DNA from: a virus
Reading direction: 5' to 3' (one strand)
DNA length: 64,000 bases
IMG/VR virus record: IMGVR_UViG_3300042897_000994
Location: 32,001 to 96,000 of that record
Numbering within the stretch: the first letter of the stretch is position 1; each line of letters begins with the position of its first letter. The position numbers and the translations under genes were made by a program. The notes below the pieces were generated by a model. The model did not search any database. It was not told the DNA's origin and saw only the letters and a program-made list of their open reading frames with translations. Of the stretch, positions 37,662 through 46,748 are shown piece after piece.

Positions 37662-39482
37662 ATGGCTCATAAAAAACTTCTTATTTTAGAAAGATCCGGA
37701 GAAACCCTTAAAACGACAGCTGATGACGGTTCGGTTGTTCTAGAAGGCGTTTTCACACAAATTGGAGTTCGTAATAAAAATAACAGAATTTACGAAGAGA
37801 AAGAATTTCTTCCTCATGTTAAAGATCTTCAAGAAAAAATCAAGGGCAAAAAACTTTTAGGTGAATTAGATCACCCAAAGTCTTTCGATATTTCACTTGC
37901 CAACGTATCACACGTAATTGAAAAATTAGAGTACGATCCGTCAACCAAGCAAGTAATGGGAAGAATTAGACTTCTTGATACAGATGCAGGAAAACAAGCC
38001 AAAGCTTTAGTAGAGGCCGGTGTTCCTCTTAATATTTCATCTAGAGCCTCTGGGCGAGTTGATGAAAATGGAAAAGTAAAAATTCAGAAACTATTTACTT
38101 ATGATCTAGTAGCCGATCCAGGATTTGAAGCTGCTGAATTACATAGAGTAAATGAATCTCTAGGGTTTGACGACAGTGATGATCTATTGATTTATGAATT
38201 TGAAGATCTCAATTCAGAAGAAACTAAAGTAGAAGTTAAACCTGAAGAAATTGTTCAAGAGTCAAAACCTGAAATCAAAGAACCAATAAAAGAAAATACA
38301 GAAGAAAATACTCAACCTACTATGAATTATGTTAAAGTTGAAGATTTCGATAAGTACTCAGAATATCTGAAAACCGAAATCACGCAAATTAAAGAAGAGG
38401 CTTCAAAAGAGTCTATAGACTTCGAAACCTTCGAAAAGCTGGTTAAATATACTGAGCATATTGCTGAGAAACTTAATCAAGTTCACGATTATTCTAATTA
38501 CTTAGGAGAAAACTTAGATAAGAGTATTTCTCATGGTGATTATATCGTTGAAAGCGTAAATAAATTGAAAGACTATGCTAATTACTTAGCAGAAAGTTTA
38601 CAAAACGGGATTGGCTACTCTGAATATGTTGCTAATAAGCTCGAAGAGTCTATCAAATATCAAAACTATTTAGCAGAAAACGTTCAAAAGGGTATTGATT
38701 ATACTGAATATGTTGCCGAAAACCTAGACAATAGTATTCAGTACCAAAACTATTTGGCTGAAAATCTTGAAAGCTCTATTAAATACTCCGATTATCTAAA
38801 GGAGAATATCGAGAAGATCGGTAAATATGCAGACTACATTGCTGAAAGTGTTAATAGAATTCAAGAAAACAAACCAGCAGATGAAGAAACTCCAGCAATT
38901 AAAGTTGAAGAATCTGTAGAAACAACTCCAGAAGTTAAAGTTGAAGAGAATGATACTACTGTATCATATCAAGATCAAATTTCTAAGAAATTGAATGCTC
39001 TATTAGAATCAGCAGTAGTACAAAAAGAAGAAGATCACTTCTTTAGATTTTTAGACGCTTCTAAGAGAAATGAATTTTCTTCTCTTAACGAAAGTAAGCA
39101 AAACGAAATCAAAGGTGCATTTGAAATCAATAAATATTTTTCTGTTGCAGATGCAAATAGAATTTGGGAATCTTGCTTTATTCAAAAGCCAACTTCTCTA
39201 GATGTAGTTGGTAATATGCCAGAAAAATATAAAGCAAAGTGGGAATCTTTAAACGAGTCTCAACGAAGCAGTATTCTTGCCCAGTCTAAGTTTTGGCCTT
39301 TGAATACACAGTATCAGATTGATAACTTCTGGCAAACAAGAGACTTAAGAACTGTTAAAGTTAATTCTCCAGTTAATGAATCTTCTGTAGCTCCTTTAGC
39401 ACCAGAAGATAAGAATGCAGCAGTTAACGAACAGCTTGAAAATATCAAAAATGCAATTAAAGCAAGATTTGATAAGTTCTAA
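37662..39482 (+). CDS. gp21: prohead protease (gp21) fused to a scaffold/core (gp22-like) region
   Basis: LEGVF..RNKNNRIY, LGELDHP, NVSH, ISSRASG, TYDLVADPGF, then 14-aa Y.EY.AE.L repeats. Confidence 0.88.
   Translation: MAHKKLLILERSGETLKTTADDGSVVLEGVFTQIGVRNKNNRIYEEKEFLPHVKDLQEKIKGKKLLGELDHPKSFDISLANVSHVIEKLEYDPSTKQVMGRIRLLDTDAGKQAKALVEAGVPLNISSRASGRVDENGKVKIQKLFTYDLVADPGFEAAELHRVNESLGFDDSDDLLIYEFEDLNSEETKVEVKPEEIVQESKPEIKEPIKENTEENTQPTMNYVKVEDFDKYSEYLKTEITQIKEEASKESIDFETFEKLVKYTEHIAEKLNQVHDYSNYLGENLDKSISHGDYIVESVNKLKDYANYLAESLQNGIGYSEYVANKLEESIKYQNYLAENVQKGIDYTEYVAENLDNSIQYQNYLAENLESSIKYSDYLKENIEKIGKYADYIAESVNRIQENKPADEETPAIKVEESVETTPEVKVEENDTTVSYQDQISKKLNALLESAVVQKEEDHFFRFLDASKRNEFSSLNESKQNEIKGAFEINKYFSVADANRIWESCFIQKPTSLDVVGNMPEKYKAKWESLNESQRSSILAQSKFWPLNTQYQIDNFWQTRDLRTVKVNSPVNESSVAPLAPEDKNAAVNEQLENIKNAIKARFDKF
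38448..38855 (+). repeat. about ten 14-aa repeats in the scaffold region
   Basis: YTEHIAEKL / YSNYLGENL / YANYLAESL / YSEYVANKL / YQNYLAENV / YTEYVAENL / YQNYLAENL / YSDYLKENI / YADYIAESV. Confidence 0.8.
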
Positions 39483-39585
39483 AGATATATAAAAAATAAT
39501 AATCACGTAACTCGGATATCAAGAAGCAAAAGGTGTTGGGACCAAACGTGAAATAACAAAAACAACAAAAAAACTCAATCAAAAA

Positions 39586-41271
39586 ATGAATCATTTAATT
39601 AATGAAGCCGAAGTTGTAAGAACTTGGGCGCCCGTGATTGAGGAAGCTACTGGTATTTCAGACAAAGGTAAATTAAACTGGATGTCTAAATACTGCCACT
39701 TCCATCAGTTGAATGAGAATGTGTACAACCAAGTACACTTGAATCCTAACGCCAACGTTTATGGTATGGGTGCAGTTACCTTCCCAGGTGACCCAACCAC
39801 TACTACTGGATTCAATGCTCAAGCAACCGGATCTGGTGACAGACCTTTCAGTCTGCTTCCTCTAGCTATGCAAGTAGCTGCTCAAACAGTAGGTCTTGAC
39901 CTTGTTCCTGTAGTACCAATGTCTGGTCCTCTTGGAATCTTGACTTACTTAGACTTTATCTATGCTGGTGGTAGACTAGATTCTACTGAACCGCCATTGA
40001 TGGTTAAAGTTAACACTACTACCGCTACTTTTGGTAGTTCTTTAACGAATGCTACTGCATGGACTGCTAACACTACATATTATCTATGTTCTGCTGCTGG
40101 TGCTGCTACTTATGCTCTTACTTTTGTAGGTCTATCTCGTATCGACGGATTACCTATCTTTAAAGTAAATGCTTACAATAGTGGTGCAGCTCAGCCTAAC
40201 GGTACTGCAGGTACTGTAACTTTAGCAGCTGCAGCTATTGCTACTGCAACAATTTCAACCAATGCTAATGGTACAGGTGACATCGTTACATTTACCGCAA
40301 GCGGAACTCTTGAACTTGTAAAAGCTCTTGAAGATCATATCCCAGGTTTCTCTGGTGCTGGTTTTGCTCCTGCTGCAGTAACAGGTGGTAACAGTGTTGC
40401 TAACGTTGAACCTTTCTTGAGAGCTGATGGTGAATTAACATCAGATAACCTAATGGGTCTTTCATTGTTCAATAAATCAGTTGCTGCTGAAACTTACCAA
40501 GTTGCAGCTGCTGTAACTAGAGAGCAAGTACAAGACCTTAAGCAATTCGGTATTGATGCAGTAGCTCAAGTAGAAGCTGTATTGGTTAATGAATTGACTC
40601 AGTCAATCAACAAGTTGATTCTTCAGAGAATCTTCAGACTAGGTGCAAGTAACGCAGAAAACGTATTTAACGTTGATGCTACTAACTTAAACCTTTTTGT
40701 AGCTGCAACGGCTACAACCACTTCTATCGATCTTGGTACTAATGCAAATGGAGTAGCCGTAAGTATTCTTACTTCTTCTACTATCCCTACATCAGGTGAC
40801 AACGGTGGTACATTGCAAAGAAAGATTTTATCTAGAATCCTAGCTGCTTCAAACTTGATCGCTATCCGTGGTCGTAGAGGAGCTGCTAACTTTGCAGTAA
40901 CTAACGGTCAACTTGCTACTGCAATCCAAGATATCGCTGGATTTACTCCATACCCAATGGCTAACACCGTTAACCAAAACGGTGGATCTCTATATCCAGT
41001 TGGTTCTGTTGCAGGTGTAACTATCTACGTAGATCCTAACATGTCATGGACTGACACTAGAATCGTAGTAGGTAGAAAAGGTGACGGTAACTCTCCAGGT
41101 CTAGTATTCATGCCTTACTTAATGGCTGAATCTGCCCAGACTATTGCTGAAATGACTATGGCACCTAAAATTGCTGTTAAGTCAAGATTCACTCTAGTTG
41201 ATGCTGGTTTCCACCCAGAAACTATGTACTTCACTCTAGGAGTTAAGTTTACTAGTTACTCAATCGTTTAA
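39586..41271 (+). CDS. gp23: major capsid protein (gp23-like)
   Basis: WAPVIE, DLVPVVPMSGP.G...YLDF.Y, EQVQDLK, L.NEL...INK, G.VFMPY, PKIAVKSR; strongly biased codon usage. Confidence 0.92.
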   Translation: MNHLINEAEVVRTWAPVIEEATGISDKGKLNWMSKYCHFHQLNENVYNQVHLNPNANVYGMGAVTFPGDPTTTTGFNAQATGSGDRPFSLLPLAMQVAAQTVGLDLVPVVPMSGPLGILTYLDFIYAGGRLDSTEPPLMVKVNTTTATFGSSLTNATAWTANTTYYLCSAAGAATYALTFVGLSRIDGLPIFKVNAYNSGAAQPNGTAGTVTLAAAAIATATISTNANGTGDIVTFTASGTLELVKALEDHIPGFSGAGFAPAAVTGGNSVANVEPFLRADGELTSDNLMGLSLFNKSVAAETYQVAAAVTREQVQDLKQFGIDAVAQVEAVLVNELTQSINKLILQRIFRLGASNAENVFNVDATNLNLFVAATATTTSIDLGTNANGVAVSILTSSTIPTSGDNGGTLQRKILSRILAASNLIAIRGRRGAANFAVTNGQLATAIQDIAGFTPYPMANTVNQNGGSLYPVGSVAGVTIYVDPNMSWTDTRIVVGRKGDGNSPGLVFMPYLMAESAQTIAEMTMAPKIAVKSRFTLVDAGFHPETMYFTLGVKFTSYSIV

Positions 41272-41292
41272 TCTAACTTAGATTCGATACCC

Positions 41293-41326
41293 AAAGGGGG
41301 ACTCTTAGGAGTCCCCTTTTTATTTT
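41293..41326 (+). terminator. intrinsic terminator after the capsid gene
   Basis: AAGGGGGACTC-TTAG-GAGTCCCCTTTTT. Confidence 0.9.
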
Positions 41327-41359
41327 CAATAGATATATAATAGGAACAAAATAAATAGT

Positions 41360-42697
41360 ATGATGAAAAAAGTTTTAACTCTTGAAGAATATGATCAAAT
41401 AATAGAAGGCTTAAAGCCTATCAACACGGAAGAATATGATCATGATTTTATCACTTCAGTCATGTACGAAAAATTTGAAGTAGTTGATAAAACGGATAGA
41501 GAAATTAATGAAACCTTTAATCTATATTTAGCAGAAGGGGCTATATCGAATTTTATCGCTCTTTCAACAAATCCTATAACAGGAATCAAACTTGCAAATA
41601 ATGCAAAAAAATTAGCTAAAGCTCACATTCAAAACGCAACAGCTAAAATAGACTTTGAGAAGAAAATACAAGCAGCTGAAAGGGCAAAAGATAAAAATCC
41701 AGAAAAAGCTGATCAAGCTAAAAAGGCTATGGAAATTGCTAAATCGGCTTATGCTACCAAGAAAGAAGTTGCAGCTGATCAAATAGAAGCAATCCAAGAC
41801 AGGATGGGCGAATTGTCTAAAGACGATCCAAAGTTATCTAAAGTTTCCGCTCTTTTGAAAACCAAAGCTAGAGTCGAAGCAAATAAAAAGCTTCTAAGGA
41901 TATTAGATACAGAAGAAAGAAAGCAATTACAACTAACTATTAAAGATCAGGAAGAAAAAGCCAAGAATGCTGAAGCGCAAATGGCTGATTATGTTAGTTC
42001 TGAAAAAGAAAAAGATAATGCAGATAAAGGTGGAGAATCTACAGATCAGAAAGTCAAAGATTTACAAGATAAAATAGACTCAGTTCAGGATAAAATAGGT
42101 AAAACTGAAGATCCTGAAGATAAAGCTAAATTGAGCGTAGATAAAGCTAAATTGAATCAAGAGAAAGCAAAAGAAAAAGGAGAAGATTTAGATAAAGCAA
42201 ATTTTAAAGTAGCAGCTGAAACTGCAAGATTAAAATATGTACAAGATAAAACTCCTCAAAACTACTTAGAATATCTAAAGACAAGTCTTAAATACGACGA
42301 ATCTGCAGAAAATCCTAATAAAGAAGCTATCGATAAAAAGAAAGAAGCGATTAAAGACTGGGAAGAGAAAGTTAAAGCAAAACCTACTGAAAAACCAAAG
42401 GGTGACAAAACTGAACAGGAAATCGCAGATCTTAATAAAAAGAAAGAAGACTTAGCAGCTAAAATCGCAGATCAAAGAGAAGGTGTTGATACTTCTAATA
42501 AGCTTTACACCGATGCTTTGAATAAAAGAGATTCTATTAAAGATACAGAAAGCCCAGAATGGGCCAAAGCTGCTGAAGAATACAGTGCAATCTCCTCAGA
42601 AAGACAAGCAGATCTAGCTAGACTAAGCGGTCTAGAAGCTCAGTTGAAAACTATTTCGCAGAAAATTTCAGATCTCCAGGCTAAGAAGAAAAAATAA
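41360..42697 (+). CDS. Lys/Glu/Ala-rich coiled-coil putative internal virion protein
   Basis: KKVLTLEEY..IIE start, late motif at 41332. Confidence 0.55.
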   Translation: MMKKVLTLEEYDQIIEGLKPINTEEYDHDFITSVMYEKFEVVDKTDREINETFNLYLAEGAISNFIALSTNPITGIKLANNAKKLAKAHIQNATAKIDFEKKIQAAERAKDKNPEKADQAKKAMEIAKSAYATKKEVAADQIEAIQDRMGELSKDDPKLSKVSALLKTKARVEANKKLLRILDTEERKQLQLTIKDQEEKAKNAEAQMADYVSSEKEKDNADKGGESTDQKVKDLQDKIDSVQDKIGKTEDPEDKAKLSVDKAKLNQEKAKEKGEDLDKANFKVAAETARLKYVQDKTPQNYLEYLKTSLKYDESAENPNKEAIDKKKEAIKDWEEKVKAKPTEKPKGDKTEQEIADLNKKKEDLAAKIADQREGVDTSNKLYTDALNKRDSIKDTESPEWAKAAEEYSAISSERQADLARLSGLEAQLKTISQKISDLQAKKKK

Positions 42698-43194
42698 TGA
42701 ATCGATCCAAAGAGCCTAGAATCGTATTTAGAAACTGGGGAAAAACTCCGAGAAAACATCAGGTAGTATTAAAACATCTAACCGAAGATCAAAAGAAGTT
42801 TCTACAAAACAATGAGTTCATAAAATTTCTACCAAAAGAGCATCAACTATTTTCTATTCTTTTCAAGATTAATTATATGGAAAGAATGTTAAAAAGCGAA
42901 AAGATTTTTAAGCCAAATCCGTATACTGGGGAATTTAGCAATGAAAGACAGCTTTTTAAAGATAGCAATCTAGTAGATTGGTATTGCGCAATATGTAAAG
43001 TAGATATTGTTTCTAAGATGAATGACTTCGAACCTCAGAATTTTTTATGTGAGAAATGCAAAGAGAGTCATGGAGATAGAAATACAATAGACTCTCGAAT
43101 AAAAGAAAATTCTATTCTCTTTACTCAAAACTGTAAGAAAGAATTGAAAATAGAGCAGAAGGAATTTCTTAAGTATGTTAAAAGAAATGTTTAG
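42697..43194 (+). CDS. zinc-finger hypothetical protein
   Basis: CAIC..CEKC pair. Confidence 0.55.
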   Translation: MNRSKEPRIVFRNWGKTPRKHQVVLKHLTEDQKKFLQNNEFIKFLPKEHQLFSILFKINYMERMLKSEKIFKPNPYTGEFSNERQLFKDSNLVDWYCAICKVDIVSKMNDFEPQNFLCEKCKESHGDRNTIDSRIKENSILFTQNCKKELKIEQKEFLKYVKRNV

Positions 43195-44027
43195 AGAGCT
43201 AAAGCTTCAGTATAACTAATCTTTTCTATCTCTTTTATTTCGCTAAATTTAGAAGTGTTATAGATTTTAACTCTCCTGCCTTCTAGTGAATTAACTAGTG
43301 AGGAGTAATGGGGTAACCAATTCCTTTGCATCACTTCATCGCTGGCCCCCTTTTTACCGTAACCATCATGCCAGTGCGTATTACCACCAGAACCGTTTTT
43401 ACCATCAAATCCCATTAAAACAATTTTTTTAGCACCTAGATGATATGCAACATTGATTGCGGCATATCCTGAATTTCCACCAGTTCTAATTCCATTGGGT
43501 TCTAATTCTAACCCTTCTCTTCCAGTTTCTACTAAATTGATAATGTCATCAGTTTTTGGAGATGGATTTTTTGTTGCTTTAATTCCTTTGAATAGATGAA
43601 TTTCTTTTTTGAATGTATCATAAAAACTCGAATCACTCCAATAAAGAACCTGAGCAAAGGGCAGATATAAAAATGCTTTGTTTACTGCAATAACTATTTT
43701 GTCTTTTAGAATCTCAAAATCAAAATCTTTTAATGAAGGACCTCCACCGACTATATAAATAGTTTCACCTAGAAATATAGGTTCGAGATCAGAAATTTTT
43801 TCGTATCTGCTATACTTAAATCTGAGACCTTCTTCACTATAGTTTCCTCTAGTCGGCTGATGAACATAAACATTATTAACTCTCTTAGTAGCTACGACAC
43901 CAGATTTTTTGGATTCTATTTGAAGCTCTTTTTTCTCTTCAATCGTGATTTGAACTTGATCCTTCTTTCTGATTATATGTTCTCTTCTTGATGGTAGAAC
44001 ACTAATCTTTTTCTTTCTTACCGCCAT
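43191..44027 (-). CDS. DUF115/Maf-like (MptE/sialyltransferase-like fold) putative glycosyltransferase
   Basis: IVGGGPSL, IAVNKAF, GGNSGYAAINVAYHLGAKKIVLMGFD, HWH. Start ATG 44027 follows a minus-strand ATATATAA at 44033-44040. Confidence 0.7.
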   Translation of the reverse strand: MAVRKKKISVLPSRREHIIRKKDQVQITIEEKKELQIESKKSGVVATKRVNNVYVHQPTRGNYSEEGLRFKYSRYEKISDLEPIFLGETIYIVGGGPSLKDFDFEILKDKIVIAVNKAFLYLPFAQVLYWSDSSFYDTFKKEIHLFKGIKATKNPSPKTDDIINLVETGREGLELEPNGIRTGGNSGYAAINVAYHLGAKKIVLMGFDGKNGSGGNTHWHDGYGKKGASDEVMQRNWLPHYSSLVNSLEGRRVKIYNTSKFSEIKEIEKISYTEALAL

Positions 44028-44048
44028 ATTAATTATATATTTGTAATG

Positions 44049-44075
44049 AAACAATTGTTCATAATCTTCATATAA
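44049..44075 (+). promoter_or_regulatory. AAAC-N18-TATAA promoter (clamp loader)
   Basis: AAAC 44049-44052, TATAA 44071-44075. Confidence 0.5.
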
Positions 44076-44094
44076 CGTATAACGTTAAAAAAAT

Positions 44095-45060
44095 ATGACA
44101 GTGAAAGTAGAAAACTTTTTATTTACAGAAAAGTATCGTCCAAGCACTCTTAAAGATCTTATTGCACCGGCCAGAGTTTTAGAAAAATTAAAAAACGGTG
44201 TTTATCAACACCTTCTTCTATACGGAAGCCCAGGAACTGGAAAGACGAGTAGTGCTAAAGTTTTAGTTAGGGAATTCGGGCATCCTTATTTGTACATCAA
44301 TGCAAGTACTGATACTAGTGTTGATATTGTTAGAAATAGAATTACAGACTTCTGCGCAAACAGAAGTATTATGGATGAACCCGGTAAATTAAAGGTTGTA
44401 ATTCTAGATGAGATAGATGGAGTATCTGATCAGTTTTTCAAAGCTCTAAGAGCTACAATGGATCAGTTTAGTGCAAATGCTCGATTTATCGCAACCTGTA
44501 ACTTTATTAATAAAGTTCCAGATCCTATTCAGTCTAGATTTGAAATGATTAATTTTGATTTTTCAAAAGATGAAGAGAATGAATTAGTAAAACAATACAT
44601 ACTGAGAATAAACCACATCTGTAAAGAAGAAGGCATTACGATAGATAAGCACGCAATTTTAGAATTAGTCAAGAGAAAATTTCCAGATCTTAGAAGTGTT
44701 TTAAATACTATCCAGGGATATTATAGTCAGGGATTAAAAAACATCACTTTAGAAGATATTAAAAAGTTCAATTCTATCTATAAAGATGTTTTTGAACTTG
44801 TATTTCAAAATGTAGATCCTATTAAGAACTATCAGTATTTAGCTTCTGAATATTCAAATCGAGTAGATGATGTTTTAAATTCCCTAGGAAATGATTTTAT
44901 TGACTATATTAAAACTGAACAACCTACTTATGAAAAGGCAGTTCCACAAATAATCATTACAGTGGCCAAATATCAATCGATGAGAAGCCAAGTCATAGAT
45001 CCAGTTATCACAATGTTGGCTTGTGTTTATGAATTACAAACAATAATTAAAGGGGCATAG
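44095..45060 (+). CDS. gp44: clamp loader AAA+ subunit (gp44/RFC-like)
   Basis: EKYRP, GSPGTGKT, INAS, ILDEID, FIATCN, IQSRF. Confidence 0.92.
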   Translation: MTVKVENFLFTEKYRPSTLKDLIAPARVLEKLKNGVYQHLLLYGSPGTGKTSSAKVLVREFGHPYLYINASTDTSVDIVRNRITDFCANRSIMDEPGKLKVVILDEIDGVSDQFFKALRATMDQFSANARFIATCNFINKVPDPIQSRFEMINFDFSKDEENELVKQYILRINHICKEEGITIDKHAILELVKRKFPDLRSVLNTIQGYYSQGLKNITLEDIKKFNSIYKDVFELVFQNVDPIKNYQYLASEYSNRVDDVLNSLGNDFIDYIKTEQPTYEKAVPQIIITVAKYQSMRSQVIDPVITMLACVYELQTIIKGA

Positions 45061-45095
45061 TTTTCAAAAAGTTTTTCGTTTTCGAAAATTTTTAT

Positions 45096-45103
45096 TATAT
45101 TTG
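45096..45103 (+). promoter_or_regulatory. Bacteroidota-type -7 promoter element TAnnTTTG
   Basis: TATATTTG 3 nt before the ATG at 45107. Confidence 0.45.
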
Positions 45104-45106
45104 TAT

Positions 45107-46315
45107 ATGAACAAAAAACACACGTTGGTAATAGATGGAAACTACTTTCTGTTTAGAACCTTATACGTTTTACCGAGAAACAAAGGAAAGATTTTAGAGA
45201 CTAAAGCCGATGTAGGAATTTTCGTAAGAAAACTTGCAACAGATTTCGCATCTGAGATTAGAAAATTTAGAACTATGGTAGATCAAGTGGTCTTTACTAT
45301 AGATTCAAAATCATGGAGAAAAGATTTTTATCCACAAAGCGAATACAAAGGTAATCGAAGTTCTGATGAATCTATCAATTGGGAAAATTTTGTAAAAGGT
45401 GGCGAAGACTTTAAAGAATTTTTAAAATCAAAGGGGGTTATTTTACATAAAGTAAATGGAGCTGAAGGTGATGATCTAATTTTTGCATGGTCAGTAAATG
45501 CTAACTACCGAGAAAAGCCGGTAATTGTTTTTTCTGGTGATAGAGATTTACTTCAGCTTGTAAATTACAATCAATCTACCAGATCTTACACTATCTTCTA
45601 TTCAAACACGCACAAAAAACTCTGTGTATTCAAGGGTTTTTCTGATTGGTTAGAAAGAGAAGAACATCAAGTCACTGATATTTTTGATATGCAAAAATCA
45701 GTTGAAGGAGATAACATCATTCGCAATGGTTTGAAATCTTTGATTAAAGATTCTAAGTTAAATTTAGAAGAAATTCATCCTGGAGAATTCGCATTTAAAA
45801 AGGTTTTAACTGGAGATGCTGGAGATAATGTAAAGCCAGTTTACTACTATCAAGTAACTAAAGATGACAAAACTAGAAATTACGGACTTTCTGACAAGAA
45901 AGCCGAAATGATTTTTAGAGAGTTTGAAAAAAAGTACGGTACCTTTAAGATAGAATACCTGTATGATGAAGAATATCAAAGACAAATCTGCAATTTAATT
46001 GTAAAACACTTAAATGCAGACAAAATGCCTTTCGATAGAATTCTTCAAAATATCAAAGACAACACACATTTAGTTATTTTGCATCAGAGATCAATTCCAG
46101 AAGAAATTACAAATCAAATGTTTGAATTAGTTGATCAAATGCAAGATTTAAAAATTCCAAATTTTGAAGCAATATCTTCTAAAGACGAATTGCTAAAAGG
46201 TTCTTCTTATCTAACTGAAAATTACAGACCGGCCAGTTCTAACTTCTTTGAAGAAGGAGGCGAAGAAGATAGGTCCTTCATCTTGAAGAGTAAACCTTCT
46301 GACTCTTTATTCTAA
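45107..46315 (+). CDS. rnh: 5'-3' exonuclease / RNase H (T4 rnh, FEN-like)
   Basis: VIDGNY, SWRK.FY...YKGNR, EGDD, SGDRD, GDAGDNV. Confidence 0.88.
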   Translation: MNKKHTLVIDGNYFLFRTLYVLPRNKGKILETKADVGIFVRKLATDFASEIRKFRTMVDQVVFTIDSKSWRKDFYPQSEYKGNRSSDESINWENFVKGGEDFKEFLKSKGVILHKVNGAEGDDLIFAWSVNANYREKPVIVFSGDRDLLQLVNYNQSTRSYTIFYSNTHKKLCVFKGFSDWLEREEHQVTDIFDMQKSVEGDNIIRNGLKSLIKDSKLNLEEIHPGEFAFKKVLTGDAGDNVKPVYYYQVTKDDKTRNYGLSDKKAEMIFREFEKKYGTFKIEYLYDEEYQRQICNLIVKHLNADKMPFDRILQNIKDNTHLVILHQRSIPEEITNQMFELVDQMQDLKIPNFEAISSKDELLKGSSYLTENYRPASSNFFEEGGEEDRSFILKSKPSDSLF

Positions 46316-46328
46316 AATATATAAACAG

Positions 46329-46748
46329 ATGGAACTTTTCGATTTTATAAAGGTAATTTTTGAGCAGAACAATAAGTACGAAAGTTTAAAGAGCTACGAT
46401 AAAGTTAAGCACAACTTTATGCTGAATAGATTTATGTCTATTCAATATCCTATTCAAGCTCAAATGTTTAACAGATTGGGAATTTCTTCTCTTGGAGTTT
46501 CTGATTCTTGGAGAAAAGTAGGTCGACAATATAAAAGAACTCCAGGTTGGGTTTTTACTAAGTTGAAGAAGAATCAGAAGAATCAAAAAAATTACTCGCC
46601 TTCACCGGAAGCGCTAAATTTATTTCTTCAAATTAATCAGATAGGAGAAAGAGAATATAAAGAAGCTCTACAGTTTAATCAAGAAGGTGTTGTTGAATCT
46701 TTAAAGTCGATTGAAAAACAATTAACTTCTAATGGAGCTAAAGAATGA
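46329..46748 (+). CDS. clamp loader small subunit (gp62-like)
   Basis: LFDFIK.I, FMLNRFMS, size and proximity to gp44. Confidence 0.55.
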   Translation: MELFDFIKVIFEQNNKYESLKSYDKVKHNFMLNRFMSIQYPIQAQMFNRLGISSLGVSDSWRKVGRQYKRTPGWVFTKLKKNQKNQKNYSPSPEALNLFLQINQIGEREYKEALQFNQEGVVESLKSIEKQLTSNGAKE

